Assembly (NCBI GenBank): GCA_029259115.1
Contig: JAPDJO010000015.1
Coordinates: forward strand, 1 to 13,314
Reading direction: 5' to 3'
DNA length: 13,314 bases
Source of the DNA: Thermoplasmatota archaeon
GTDB lineage: Archaea > Thermoplasmatota > E2 > DHVEG-1 > B18-G2
Part shown: positions 1-8,746 of the stretch, piece by piece
Position numbering within the stretch: position 1 is the first letter of the stretch
Layout: every line of letters begins with the position of its first letter
Program-made: the position numbers and the translations under genes
The notes under the pieces: model-generated
What the model saw: the letters and a program-made list of their open reading frames with translations, nothing else
Told to the model about the DNA's origin: nothing
The model's database searches: none

Positions 1-15
1 AAAAATATATAAAAA
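1..15 (+). promoter_or_regulatory. Putative TATA box for the first ORF (probably leaderless transcript)
   Basis: AAAAATATATAAAAA lies about 22-30 nt upstream of TTG34/ATG37, typical archaeal spacing, and there is no clear SD. Confidence 0.45.
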
Positions 16-33
16 TCTGATTGGGATGTAGCT

Positions 34-501
34 TTGATGGAAGATAACGTAATCAAAATTCCAAAATCACTCTATATAATATCTCAAAGCGATGTGATTT
101 ATTTTCTTCTTTCCGTTCTCTTTGCTCTGTTGCCAATATTTGTCGTTGTTTATCTTTTCCTCTATCGCACTATCGTATCTTCGATAATGGGAACAGAAAT
201 CTTGAAAATTATATTTTTAATATGTTCTGCCTGGATGATTTTAACTATTTTATTTTTTTACCCATTTCCATCATCCTCTGCTGAAAGATTTATCAGGAGA
301 ATCCAAAATCGTCCGGTTAAAAGGTGGATATTGAAAAATGTTAATTGTCCTTATTGTGGAGGGGAATTAAAGGCTAAACGATCTTCCAAGAGTGACGAAT
401 TTTTCTTCCATTACGAATATTTTTGTGGAAAATGTGGCAGGAAATTTAAGTTGAAATCAACGGAAAGAGAATTGGAATGGAAGATGGTATCTATAACTTA
501 A
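34..501 (+). CDS. Hypothetical membrane protein with C-terminal Zn-ribbon (start may be ATG37)
   Basis: 155-aa ORF with two hydrophobic helices (IYFLLSVLFALLPIFVVVYLFLY; IIFLICSAWMILTILFFY) followed by CPYCGG...FCGKCG. Confidence 0.75.
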   Translation: MMEDNVIKIPKSLYIISQSDVIYFLLSVLFALLPIFVVVYLFLYRTIVSSIMGTEILKIIFLICSAWMILTILFFYPFPSSSAERFIRRIQNRPVKRWILKNVNCPYCGGELKAKRSSKSDEFFFHYEYFCGKCGRKFKLKSTERELEWKMVSIT

Positions 502-750
502 TCATCTGCAGAACGCCAGATTCGAATTATATTGTCAATTCGTATTAAGCACAGGTACAAAATCAAGTTCTTCTTAAGAGAGGAGATTAGTAGAAAAATG
601 AGACTATCAGAGATTCATTTAGTTTCTTGGAGTGATATGCGAGTTTTGAACTAAACGATATTCTTCGCATATCTCATACTTCTTCTACTTTCTTTGGATA
701 ATTCACCTCCTATCTACAGATCTCTACTGGTCACTGGATCATCACATATT

Positions 751-786
751 TACTATGCATTACAAACTACTTTTTATCAAAAAGTA
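751..786. promoter_or_regulatory. Tandem palindromic operator candidates
   Basis: Perfect inverted repeat TACTTTTT-ATC-AAAAAGTA (768-786) plus a degenerate copy TACTATG-CATTA-CAAACTA (751-769), directly abutting the TATA-like TTTAAAA upstream of a two-gene unit encoding an HTH regulator. Confidence 0.6.
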
Positions 787-793
787 TTTAAAA
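779..793 (+). promoter_or_regulatory. BRE/TATA promoter for the membrane protein-regulator operon
   Basis: AAAAAG-TA-TTTAAAA about 35-45 nt upstream of the start; SD-like AAGGTGA at 816-821 region before ATG829. Confidence 0.5.
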
Positions 794-825
794 TCAAAAA
801 GGAATCTAGAATTTAAGGTGATAGG

Positions 826-1479
826 GTGATGGAAAAGGAAATTGAAGAGAGAATTAAATTGCTGGAAAAATTGGGCGGGATGATAAGAGAGGAAGCAAAA
901 GCATATGGGATTATAAATGCTGTGTGGGGTCTTGCTATAATCATTGGTTTTTTGATATTTCAGGTTATAGAACTCCTTGCCATACCTTGGTACTATGGGC
1001 TTATTATCCTGATTATATCTCTATCTTTTGCATTCATATCTACTCCCCTACTTAGGAAAAGGATCGAGAAGCAACTTGGTTATTCTGGTGAAGGATGGTT
1101 AAGTGAAAGGATAAAGAGGAGCTGGCTTGCAATTGCTATGGTTGGCGGAACATCCTACATGCTTGTATTCTGGAGTCCTCCCGTGAGTAAAGTTATCCTA
1201 AATAATCTTTCGTCCGCAGAGATATCAGGGTTCATCCTGATGGGATGGCTCATCATAGATGGTATCGGGAGTATGGTTCAGGGTATAATTTCTGAGTCCA
1301 AAGCCTATACCGTAATAGGTGTATTAATGGTCATCTCTGCTATAATTGTAGCCAATGTCGGCTTCATATATGCATGGTCTGCATTTGCACTCACGTATGG
1401 ACTCGGATATTTAATTACTGGTCTAAGAGACTATGCATCTTTCAAGAGAAACATAAAGGCGGGTGCAAAAGTTGGATGA
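826..1479 (+). CDS. Polytopic integral membrane protein (about 6 TM), function unknown (start may be ATG829)
   Basis: 217-aa ORF with a charged N-terminal helix and about six hydrophobic segments; good SD; overlaps the downstream regulator gene. Confidence 0.8.
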   Translation: MMEKEIEERIKLLEKLGGMIREEAKAYGIINAVWGLAIIIGFLIFQVIELLAIPWYYGLIILIISLSFAFISTPLLRKRIEKQLGYSGEGWLSERIKRSWLAIAMVGGTSYMLVFWSPPVSKVILNNLSSAEISGFILMGWLIIDGIGSMVQGIISESKAYTVIGVLMVISAIIVANVGFIYAWSAFALTYGLGYLITGLRDYASFKRNIKAGAKVG

Positions 1480-1801
1480 ACTGGAAAAGTTGGCAAAATC
1501 TCTTACAGGTCTGGACAAAGTACTTCATGAAAAAACGAGGTTGGCCATATCTACAATCCTATTTCACAGAGGAAAGGTCGATTTTAATACCTTAAGAAGA
1601 TTACTGGAAACGAGTGAAGGAAATCTAGCAACACACTTGAGAACGCTTGAACAAGCTGGTTACGTAAGGGTTGAAAAGAGATTTGTCGGAAGGAAGCCTC
1701 AAACCCTATATGAACTTACCAACGAAGGAAAGAAAGCCTACAGAAACTATCTGGGTAGCCTTGTAAAGATCTTCCAGATTGAAAGTGAAAGAACTTGTTA
1801 A
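1463..1801 (+). CDS. Winged-helix transcriptional regulator (ArsR/MarR-like, HTH_34 type); start GTG1463 or TTG1472
   Basis: LDKVLHEKTRLAI...DFNTLRRLLETSEGNLATHLRTLEQAGYVRVEKRFVGRKPQTLYELTNEGKKA is the characteristic pattern of this wHTH family. Confidence 0.9.
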   Translation: MQKLDELEKLAKSLTGLDKVLHEKTRLAISTILFHRGKVDFNTLRRLLETSEGNLATHLRTLEQAGYVRVEKRFVGRKPQTLYELTNEGKKAYRNYLGSLVKIFQIESERTC

Positions 1802-1820
1802 TCTGGTGTCATTCCAGTCG

Positions 1821-1852
1821 ATTTTTTTCAAATAATCCTTTTTATTGTTTTC
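1821..1852 (+). terminator. Putative archaeal oligo-T terminator region
   Basis: Several T tracts (T7, T5, T4) 20-50 nt after the regulator stop codon. Confidence 0.45.
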
Positions 1853-1902
1853 CTCGTCCCTTAACAAACTCAAAAAGCTAGATAGTTTCCGAGCAAAATT
1901 GC

Positions 1903-1917
1903 ACCAAAATTTATATA
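1903..1917 (+). promoter_or_regulatory. BRE/TATA promoter of the rps15 operon
   Basis: ACCAAAA-TTTATATA about 37-50 nt upstream of ATG1954; SD AAGGAG at 1943-1948. Confidence 0.65.
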
Positions 1918-1953
1918 GAGATATTTGTATTGCAGGAATCTCAAGGAGATAGT

Positions 1954-2409
1954 ATGGCTAGGATTCACGCAAGAAGAAGAGGAAAATCCGGATCAAAGAG
2001 AGTGCCTAGAGATAAGCATCCAGATTGGAGTGCATTGAATTCCAGAGAGGTTGAAGCGAAGGTTGTAGAGCTTGCAAAAGAAGGATACTCGGCAAGCCAG
2101 ATTGGGATGATACTGCGAGACCAGTATGCTGTACCCAGCGTTAAGGCTGCGACAGGCATGAGTGTACTTCAAATTTTAGAAAAAAACAAAGTCGCTCCAG
2201 AGATACCCGAAGACTTGATGAGTCTGATAAAGACTGCCTTATCCATAAAAAAACACTTGGATGAACACAAGCACGATTACAAGAACAAGAGAAATCTTCA
2301 GTTGACAGAGTCCAAGATTAGAAGATTGGTGAAGTATTACAAGAGAATAGGTAGATTGCCTCAAGACTGGCATTACGATTTAGAATCTGCCAAACTTTTG
2401 GTAAAGTAG
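1954..2409 (+). CDS. rps15: 30S ribosomal protein S15 (uS15, S15P/S13e)
   Basis: [17 protein letters not shown]-terminus, [32 protein letters not shown]. Start corrected to ATG1954 (SD present and conserved N-terminus) rather than TTG1930. Confidence 0.98.
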   Translation: MARIHARRRGKSGSKRVPRDKHPDWSALNSREVEAKVVELAKEGYSASQIGMILRDQYAVPSVKAATGMSVLQILEKNKVAPEIPEDLMSLIKTALSIKKHLDEHKHDYKNKRNLQLTESKIRRLVKYYKRIGRLPQDWHYDLESAKLLVK

Positions 2410-2410
2410 G

Positions 2411-3751
2411 ATGAATATAGAGGATTACTTGAAAAAATCTGTAGAGAAGTTAAGATCTTATCCAAAGTCTACCAGAATAAGGATTATATCCCACTATGAT
2501 ACCGATGGCATATGTTCTGCAGCCATTTTAGTAAAATCTATCGAGAGGGAAGGATTTGACTTCCATGTATCGCTGCTGAATCATCCCTTTAGGGAGGAAT
2601 TAGAAAAGCTAGGGAAAGAAGAGAATGATCTGATAATCTTTTCTGACCTAGGAAGTGGACAAATAGATCTAATAAAGAATCTAAACGTTGATTCCATAAT
2701 CTTAGATCATCATCAGCCAGAGTATAGAGATCTGATTATTGATTCCATAATTCAGATTAACTCTAACCTTTTTGGTATAGATGGAAATTTTGAGGTTTCT
2801 GGCGCAGGGCTATGCTATCTCTTCGCAAGAGTGTTGAACAAAGAAAATGTAGATCTTTCCGTTTTTTCTCTATTAGGAGCAATAGGAGACAAACAAAATT
2901 TGGGAGGGTTTAAAGGTATAAACAAGGAGATTTTTGAAGAAGCTAGAAAGAATAATTTGATAAAAGTGAGTAGAGCATCTTTGAAGATTGGAAATGGAGA
3001 GTTAGTTGATGAAATAACAAATTCGGTGGATCCCTTTTATCCAAGATTATCAGGTAGAATAGAGGAGGTTGAAAACCTTCTTGATAGAGTATCTATTCCA
3101 AAAGAGAGTAGATATGGAGATCTTAACAACGAGGAAAGAAAGAGGTTACATTCATTTTTGATGGTAAGTTTACTAAAAAACAGGATAGAGCCTGAGGTTG
3201 CAGATGAGGTAATAAAAGAAAGGATAGTATCAGATAAACTGCCCATGAATTTTGATATCATCTCAGAAATGATAGATAGTTGTAGCAAGAGCGGAGATCC
3301 TGGCTTGGCTCTCTCCTTCTGTCTTAATCCTGAAAAATTTTTTGAGATAGTTAAGAATAAAAGTGAAGAATATAAGAGAAAGATTTTGGAAAAACTTGTA
3401 AGATTAGAAGATGGAGATTTGGAAGAGAGAGAAAATATGGTTTATTTCCTGTCAGAAAGAGCATCTGAAGGTAGCTATATGAGTGGAATAGTTTCCAATT
3501 ACTTTGATTGTAAAGCCAAACCTGTATTCTCCTTCACAAAAAAGAATGGAAAGATACACGTATCATGCAGAGCAAGAAGGAGAGCTGTAGAGCAGGGTCT
3601 AGATTTGGGTTATTTGATGAGGGAAGTTGCAGATAAATTCGGCGGAGCAGGTGGAGGTCACAAGATAGCGGCAGGCGGAACATTTGAAAATACATCTCTA
3701 GAGGAGCTAATAGAGTTTATAGATAGCATGTTGGGAAAAAATGAGAGTTAG
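2411..3751 (+). CDS. DHH-family phosphoesterase, RecJ/Cdc45-like exonuclease (GAN-like)
   Basis: Motifs SHYDTDG, FSDLGS, LDHH and the DHHA1 motif GGGHKIAAG are intact; position directly after rps15 matches the known euryarchaeal arrangement. Confidence 0.92.
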   Translation: MNIEDYLKKSVEKLRSYPKSTRIRIISHYDTDGICSAAILVKSIEREGFDFHVSLLNHPFREELEKLGKEENDLIIFSDLGSGQIDLIKNLNVDSIILDHHQPEYRDLIIDSIIQINSNLFGIDGNFEVSGAGLCYLFARVLNKENVDLSVFSLLGAIGDKQNLGGFKGINKEIFEEARKNNLIKVSRASLKIGNGELVDEITNSVDPFYPRLSGRIEEVENLLDRVSIPKESRYGDLNNEERKRLHSFLMVSLLKNRIEPEVADEVIKERIVSDKLPMNFDIISEMIDSCSKSGDPGLALSFCLNPEKFFEIVKNKSEEYKRKILEKLVRLEDGDLEERENMVYFLSERASEGSYMSGIVSNYFDCKAKPVFSFTKKNGKIHVSCRARRRAVEQGLDLGYLMREVADKFGGAGGGHKIAAGGTFENTSLEELIEFIDSMLGKNES

Positions 3752-3965
3752 ATGCAAATTGGAATTGAACTATAGCGACGCAAGATCTGCAGAGATAATC
3801 TATAGATCTGTGAAGGTTGATGATGAGAGATTTGTTAAGTCTTCTCTAGATGGAAATAAACTAATTGCTGAGATTGAATCCGATTCTGCAGGTTCTCTAC
3901 TGCATACTCTAGATGATTACCTAGCTTGCATATCCATAGCGGAGAAGATTTTGGATAAGGATTAA
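3741..3965 (+). CDS. pcc1: KEOPS complex subunit Pcc1
   Basis: 74 aa, AEIIYRSVKVD...IESDSAGSLLHTLDDYLACISIAE; conserved location after the RecJ-like gene, with an 11-bp overlap. Confidence 0.88.
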   Translation: MRVRCKLELNYSDARSAEIIYRSVKVDDERFVKSSLDGNKLIAEIESDSAGSLLHTLDDYLACISIAEKILDKD

Positions 3966-3990
3966 TATACCTCTTTCCTTTACGAGGATT

Positions 3991-5490
3991 ATGAGATTTC
4001 ATCTAATAGCAAGATTGAGTCTCAGTAAGTCGGTAGATGGAGATGTGATATCAAAGGAGGTAGAAAATTTTAACAGATATTTAGATGAGAGGAGTAGTGA
4101 TGCAAAGATCGATAGTTGGAGTATCAAAGAAAATGTTCTCGAGTTAAGCATAGTATCTGGAACAAAGAGGAGGGCACATGATATTTTACTCAATTTTAGG
4201 AACGTTCTATCAAAAAATCTGGGGAAGAGTTACAGGGTAGGAGTAAGAGGAATAGAAGTTGACCTATATGAAGTAAGATTTTCCCTGGATAAGAAACCAC
4301 TACGAGACATATCTATACCCTTTGCTGATCTAGAGATAAAAGGAAATAATGTGAGGATGATATTAAGAGAGACGTCAGAGGAATTTCTAAGGAAGAACTA
4401 TGTTGATAGAATGATAAGGTTGGTAAAGGAGAAGGTTGAGAATCAGTACTATGAGGGAAAAAAGGAGTTTTGGAAGCTCATATGGAGATCTGAAGAAAAG
4501 GAGCCGGTATGGAATAAAGATCCTACTGAGGAGATGATAAAAAGAGGGTGGCTCGTTCAAGGCCCAACAAAGGGAAAATGGTTTTATCGCCCTCAGTTAG
4601 CAGCTATAATCAGAGCAATGGAAAAGATAGCTATAGAAGAGGTACTGAAACCCCTGGGCTTTCAAGAGGTTATAGAGTCTCACATAGTTCCCTTCGAGAT
4701 ATGGCTCAAAACAGGCCACCTAGAAGGTATGCCTGGAGAAATATATTATGTATGCGAACCTAGAACAAGAGACATAGCAGAATGGGAGAGATTCATAGAT
4801 CTGGTAAAGATAACCCGTGAGATACCAGAGGATGAGTTGAGAAGAAATATATCCTTACCAAAGGCAGGAATATGCTATGCCCAATGTCCAGTCATATACT
4901 GGTCTCTGAAGGGAAAAACACTAGCCGATGATTCTCTCCCCCTTCTTATCTTCGATCGAACAGCAATATCTGGAAGATATGAATCTGGAGGTAGACATGG
5001 TATCGAAAGGGTTGATGAGTTTCACAGGATAGAACCTGTTTATATAGGAAAACCTGAACAGTTGATAGAACTGAGGGATAAACTGATAGAGAGATATAAA
5101 CGCGTTTTCAATGATATTTTGGACTTGGAATGGCGCATGGCGTGGGTTACGCCTTGGTATCTGCAGCAGGCTGGAAAAGTAGAGGTCGAAGAAGGTTATG
5201 GAGAAGGTGTCATAGGAACAATAGACTTTGAGGCTTGGTTACCTTACAGAGGAGATAGAGAGAATTCGAAATGGCTTGAATTCCAGAATCTCAGTATTTT
5301 AGGAGACAAATATGTCAAAGCTTTCAATATAAAGGCTCAGAAAGGCGAGCTATGGAGTGGATGTTCTGGTATTGGATTAGAAAGATGGGTTGCTGTATTT
5401 CTAGCTCAAAAAGGTCTAGATCCAGAAAACTGGCCTGAAGGTTTTAGAAGATATCTGAATAAACTTCCCGAAGGAATCAAAACCTTGTGA
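3991..5490 (+). CDS. serS: Seryl-tRNA synthetase, methanogen-type (type 2, Zn-dependent)
   Basis: 499 aa; mixed alpha/beta N-domain with SGTKRRAHDILL; YAQCP, RYESGGRHGIERVDEFHRIE (motif 2), WLEFQN and SGCSGIGLERW (motif 3) carry the Cys/Glu/Cys Zn ligands known from Methanosarcina-type SerRS. Confidence 0.95.
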   Translation: MRFHLIARLSLSKSVDGDVISKEVENFNRYLDERSSDAKIDSWSIKENVLELSIVSGTKRRAHDILLNFRNVLSKNLGKSYRVGVRGIEVDLYEVRFSLDKKPLRDISIPFADLEIKGNNVRMILRETSEEFLRKNYVDRMIRLVKEKVENQYYEGKKEFWKLIWRSEEKEPVWNKDPTEEMIKRGWLVQGPTKGKWFYRPQLAAIIRAMEKIAIEEVLKPLGFQEVIESHIVPFEIWLKTGHLEGMPGEIYYVCEPRTRDIAEWERFIDLVKITREIPEDELRRNISLPKAGICYAQCPVIYWSLKGKTLADDSLPLLIFDRTAISGRYESGGRHGIERVDEFHRIEPVYIGKPEQLIELRDKLIERYKRVFNDILDLEWRMAWVTPWYLQQAGKVEVEEGYGEGVIGTIDFEAWLPYRGDRENSKWLEFQNLSILGDKYVKAFNIKAQKGELWSGCSGIGLERWVAVFLAQKGLDPENWPEGFRRYLNKLPEGIKTL

Positions 5491-6618
5491 TCATTTCTCG
5501 TATCCAAATGCTTTGAATGCAAAATCCCACTCTTTTCCTATCTTTCTCCTGGTTTCCTCGTCTATCTCATAGCGATGTGGTTTATAATCCTTATACTTGC
5601 TGAGAAATCTTTCAAAATATGGTTTTGCATCCTCAAACCATCCTAATCCAAGTTTATCATAGACCTCTTTCAATGTTTTTACCGGAGATTTAACAAAATC
5701 TTCATATCTTATCTCTACGAGGTTATTCTCATCCACACTTTCTTTCTCTCTAAGATATCTCTTGTAAAGTTCTTTGTAAAAGTCTATTATGAATTTGTCC
5801 AGAAATTCTCTATCTACCATCTGGAGGGAGAATATAGGGATTATACTGTTGTATAGTCTCCATGTCGAGAGATAGACATGATATGGATTTCTGTAGATAT
5901 GGATGAATTTGATGTTGGGAAAGGTTTCAAGGAGGAGTTTTATCCTAGCTGTATTGACCAAACTTTTTAGTAGTATTGGCTTTCCACCATATTTGTAGGC
6001 TATCTTCTTTAGTAGATATCTGTATATCTCTTTCCATCTCTCTTTTGTATCGTTATCAACTCCATCGAACAGAACGTATCTTCTGAAGTAATGATAGATG
6101 TTCTTGGGGAAATACCAGCCATGATAGAAGGAGTATGGAGAAAGATTTGCTATTGCATACTCATCTTCATAAGGTAGTCTAGATCTCATCTCTAGATCAT
6201 CCATTGGTCTTTTATCAGGAAGATGTTGATCTACAATGTTATCTAGAAGTTTATCAAAGCTTAAAATGATCCATGGCGTCATCGTTTCTCTGGTTGAGAC
6301 GAAAGATAGATTTCTATCCTGGCCCATCAGATATTGTAAAAACGTCGTTCCACTTCTGAAGTGACCAACTATACATATTATCTGAGGTATTTCTGTTTCT
6401 TTGATTTTCTTGTCAAACTTTATTTTCTCATATATTCGAAGTGGAGAGAATATTGTTACTAGCAGCGATACATACAACAGTCTGGGTATGAATCTCCAAT
6501 CTACAGAAAACCTATTCCATGCTAGGAGTCTGAGTAGATTTGTTAGAGAGGTTCCGCCTAGCGGCTGCATCTTGGGATTTAAATAGAAAGACTTATCAAA
6601 TTCTAATCTTGTCATCAT
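5491..6618 (-). CDS. PAPS-dependent sulfotransferase (Sulfotransfer_3 / Stf3-like); start may be ATG6615
   Basis: 375 aa; 5'-PSB loop ICIVGHFRSGTTFL, RPMDD...PYEDE, LLKS, 3'-PB motif FIHIYRNPYHVYLS and EIRYEDFVKSP. Confidence 0.9.
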   Translation of the reverse strand: MMTRLEFDKSFYLNPKMQPLGGTSLTNLLRLLAWNRFSVDWRFIPRLLYVSLLVTIFSPLRIYEKIKFDKKIKETEIPQIICIVGHFRSGTTFLQYLMGQDRNLSFVSTRETMTPWIILSFDKLLDNIVDQHLPDKRPMDDLEMRSRLPYEDEYAIANLSPYSFYHGWYFPKNIYHYFRRYVLFDGVDNDTKERWKEIYRYLLKKIAYKYGGKPILLKSLVNTARIKLLLETFPNIKFIHIYRNPYHVYLSTWRLYNSIIPIFSLQMVDREFLDKFIIDFYKELYKRYLREKESVDENNLVEIRYEDFVKSPVKTLKEVYDKLGLGWFEDAKPYFERFLSKYKDYKPHRYEIDEETRRKIGKEWDFAFKAFGYEK

Positions 6619-6677
6619 TAGAGAATCAATAAAAAGCTTAATAAACTAAGCACTTTTTCCTTTAGGTGGTGATCTAG
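6619..6677. promoter_or_regulatory. Compact divergent promoter region (59 bp)
   Basis: AAAAAGC-TTAATAAA can be read as a TATA on either strand and sits inside a small inverted repeat GCTTA-N6-TAAGC (6636-6651); SD AGGTGGTGA precedes ATG6678. Confidence 0.5.
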
Positions 6678-7442
6678 ATGCCGTGGTTGGCGATATTGAT
6701 AATAGTAGTAATATTTCTCTTGCTACTGCTGGCATCTGCAATAAAGATACTACCAGAGTATCAGAGAATAGTTGTCTTTAGATTAGGAAGGCTTTTGGGA
6801 ATAAAAGGACCGGGTCTCGTTTTCATAATACCGATAATAGATCAAGTGGTGAAAATGGATTTAAGAGAAAGGGTTAGGGATGTGCCAAAGCAGAGAGTTG
6901 TTACCAAGGATAACGTAACGATAGATGTTGATGCCGTTGTTTACTACAGGATCGTTGATCCAGATAAGGCAGTGGTCCAGGTTCAGAGATATGATGCTGC
7001 AACAGATCTGCTAGCTCAGACTACGCTAAGAGATGTTCTTGGAGAGGTTGAGTTAGACTATCTTTTACAGAACAGAGAGGAGCTCAACAAAAGGATACAA
7101 TCCATACTCGATGCTGGAACAGATGCATGGGGAATAAAGGTTACGAGAGTAACCATAAGAGATGTTGTTATACCGGAGCAGATGTTAAGAGCTTTAGCAA
7201 AGCAAGCAGAAGCAGAGAGAGAAAGGAGATCCAGAATTATCATGGCTGAGGGAGAGTATCAAGCTTCGAAAAAGATGGCTGAAGCAGCGAAGTTCTATGA
7301 AAAGGTTCCAGCAGCTCTTAGGTTGAGAGAGTTACAAACCTTAGCTGAGATAGCCAGAGAGAAGAATCTCATAGTTGTACCATCTGGAGATATGGGAACA
7401 GTTACTGGACTGGTAGAAGCTATGCTCAAGAAGAAGAAATGA
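6678..7442 (+). CDS. Stomatin-like SPFH/band-7 (slipin) protein
   Basis: N-terminal TM helix, [65 protein letters not shown]. Confidence 0.96.
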   Translation: MPWLAILIIVVIFLLLLLASAIKILPEYQRIVVFRLGRLLGIKGPGLVFIIPIIDQVVKMDLRERVRDVPKQRVVTKDNVTIDVDAVVYYRIVDPDKAVVQVQRYDAATDLLAQTTLRDVLGEVELDYLLQNREELNKRIQSILDAGTDAWGIKVTRVTIRDVVIPEQMLRALAKQAEAERERRSRIIMAEGEYQASKKMAEAAKFYEKVPAALRLRELQTLAEIAREKNLIVVPSGDMGTVTGLVEAMLKKKK

Positions 7443-8746
7443 AGAAACATCTATACATTCTTCTATTTTTTATTATCTTGTTTTTCCTGCAACCTGTAAG
7501 CGGCGAGAGTAATTCAGTTTTAGTGGTAACAATAGATGGTCCAATAACTCAAGCAACTGTAGAGTTGATTAGAGAGAGTTTAGATCATGCTAAATCTTTA
7601 GATGCCCAAGCTATAGTGTTGCAAATGAATACGCCAGGCGGAGGGTTAGATGAAACTGAAAAGATTATAGAGATCACAACATCAAGTGAGATACCTTTTA
7701 TAGGCTATGTTTATCCCAAAGGGGGTAAAGCATGGTCTGCTGGTACATATATACTAATGAGTTGCCAGATAGCTGCTATGAGCAATTACAGTGTTATCGG
7801 ATCATGCCAGCCTGTGGAGATAACTCCTTATGGATATAAGCTAGTGAATGACTCAAAACATATCAATGCTTTAAAGGAGAGGATAAAGAGCTTAGCAGAG
7901 ATGTATCATAGAAATTCAAGTGTTGCTGAGAGATTTGTTACAGAGAATCTCAATTTAGAAGCTAAGAAAGCTTTAGAGCTTGGTATTATAGATGTTGTTG
8001 CCGATAGTATTAACGATTTATTGAAGAACATAGACGGGAGAAATTTTAGTGGAATTGTATTGCATACAAAAAACTCTACCATTGTATATCATCGTTCTTC
8101 TATCAAGTATCACATCATCTCTATACTTTCTGATCCCACGATATCGTCTATATTGCTTATGCTTGGCATATTTTCCCTGATATTTGGAATATCTTCACCA
8201 GGTTATGGAGCCGAGGTTTTTGGGGTCATAGCCATAATCTTAGCTTTATTTGGTATGGGGTTCTCGATACCATATCTTAGCTTGATACTAATAATCATTG
8301 GCTTCATTATGCTGATAATAGAAATTCATGTAACACCGGGATTTGGAGTTATAGGGATTGGTGGGATAATCTGCATAGTTTTAGCATCTATACTTTTAGT
8401 TCCCTCATATCCCACCAGAAATTGGCTCGTATCAATAGATTATCAGACTTTGCTCTTGGTATTTGGTATAGTCCCATCCATCCTGGTAGCATCTTTCTTT
8501 TTATTCGCTCTCTATAAGATAGTAAGGGTAAGTATGAGAAAGCCAAAAGTAGGAGTTATGGAGGGAGAGCTAGCAGAGACTCTAGAGGAGATTACACCAA
8601 ATAAAACCGGTTTTGTAAAATATAAAGGCGAATACTGGTTAGCAAGATCGAAGGAAGGGAAGATTCCAGCAAGGGAAAAGGTTATAATAGAGAAAAGAGA
8701 TGGTAATCTACTTATAGTTTCTATCAAGAAAGAGGGCAAAGATTAA
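7439..8746 (+). CDS. nfeD: Membrane-bound ClpP-class serine protease NfeD (long form)
   Basis: Signal peptide, [14 protein letters not shown] (catalytic Ser), IGSCQPV, downstream Lys (DSKHIN), TM bundle with [10 protein letters not shown] and a C-terminal OB domain ([12 protein letters not shown]); ATGA overlap with the stomatin gene. Confidence 0.94.
   Translation: MKKHLYILLFFIILFFLQPVSGESNSVLVVTIDGPITQATVELIRESLDHAKSLDAQAIVLQMNTPGGGLDETEKIIEITTSSEIPFIGYVYPKGGKAWSAGTYILMSCQIAAMSNYSVIGSCQPVEITPYGYKLVNDSKHINALKERIKSLAEMYHRNSSVAERFVTENLNLEAKKALELGIIDVVADSINDLLKNIDGRNFSGIVLHTKNSTIVYHRSSIKYHIISILSDPTISSILLMLGIFSLIFGISSPGYGAEVFGVIAIILALFGMGFSIPYLSLILIIIGFIMLIIEIHVTPGFGVIGIGGIICIVLASILLVPSYPTRNWLVSIDYQTLLLVFGIVPSILVASFFLFALYKIVRVSMRKPKVGVMEGELAETLEEITPNKTGFVKYKGEYWLARSKEGKIPAREKVIIEKRDGNLLIVSIKKEGKD

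Noticed and set aside
1374-1595. 73-aa + strand ORF
   Set aside because: Alternative frame overlapping two well-supported genes; no motifs.
1938-1950. Hairpin ATCTC-AAG-GAGAT over the rps15 SD as an autoregulatory element
   Set aside because: Only 5 bp with a 3-nt loop, and it probably overlaps the transcription start; too weak to support.
1930-1953. N-terminal extension MQESQGDS on uS15
   Set aside because: TTG1930 lies too close to the TATA box; the SD and the conserved MARIH N-terminus indicate ATG1954.
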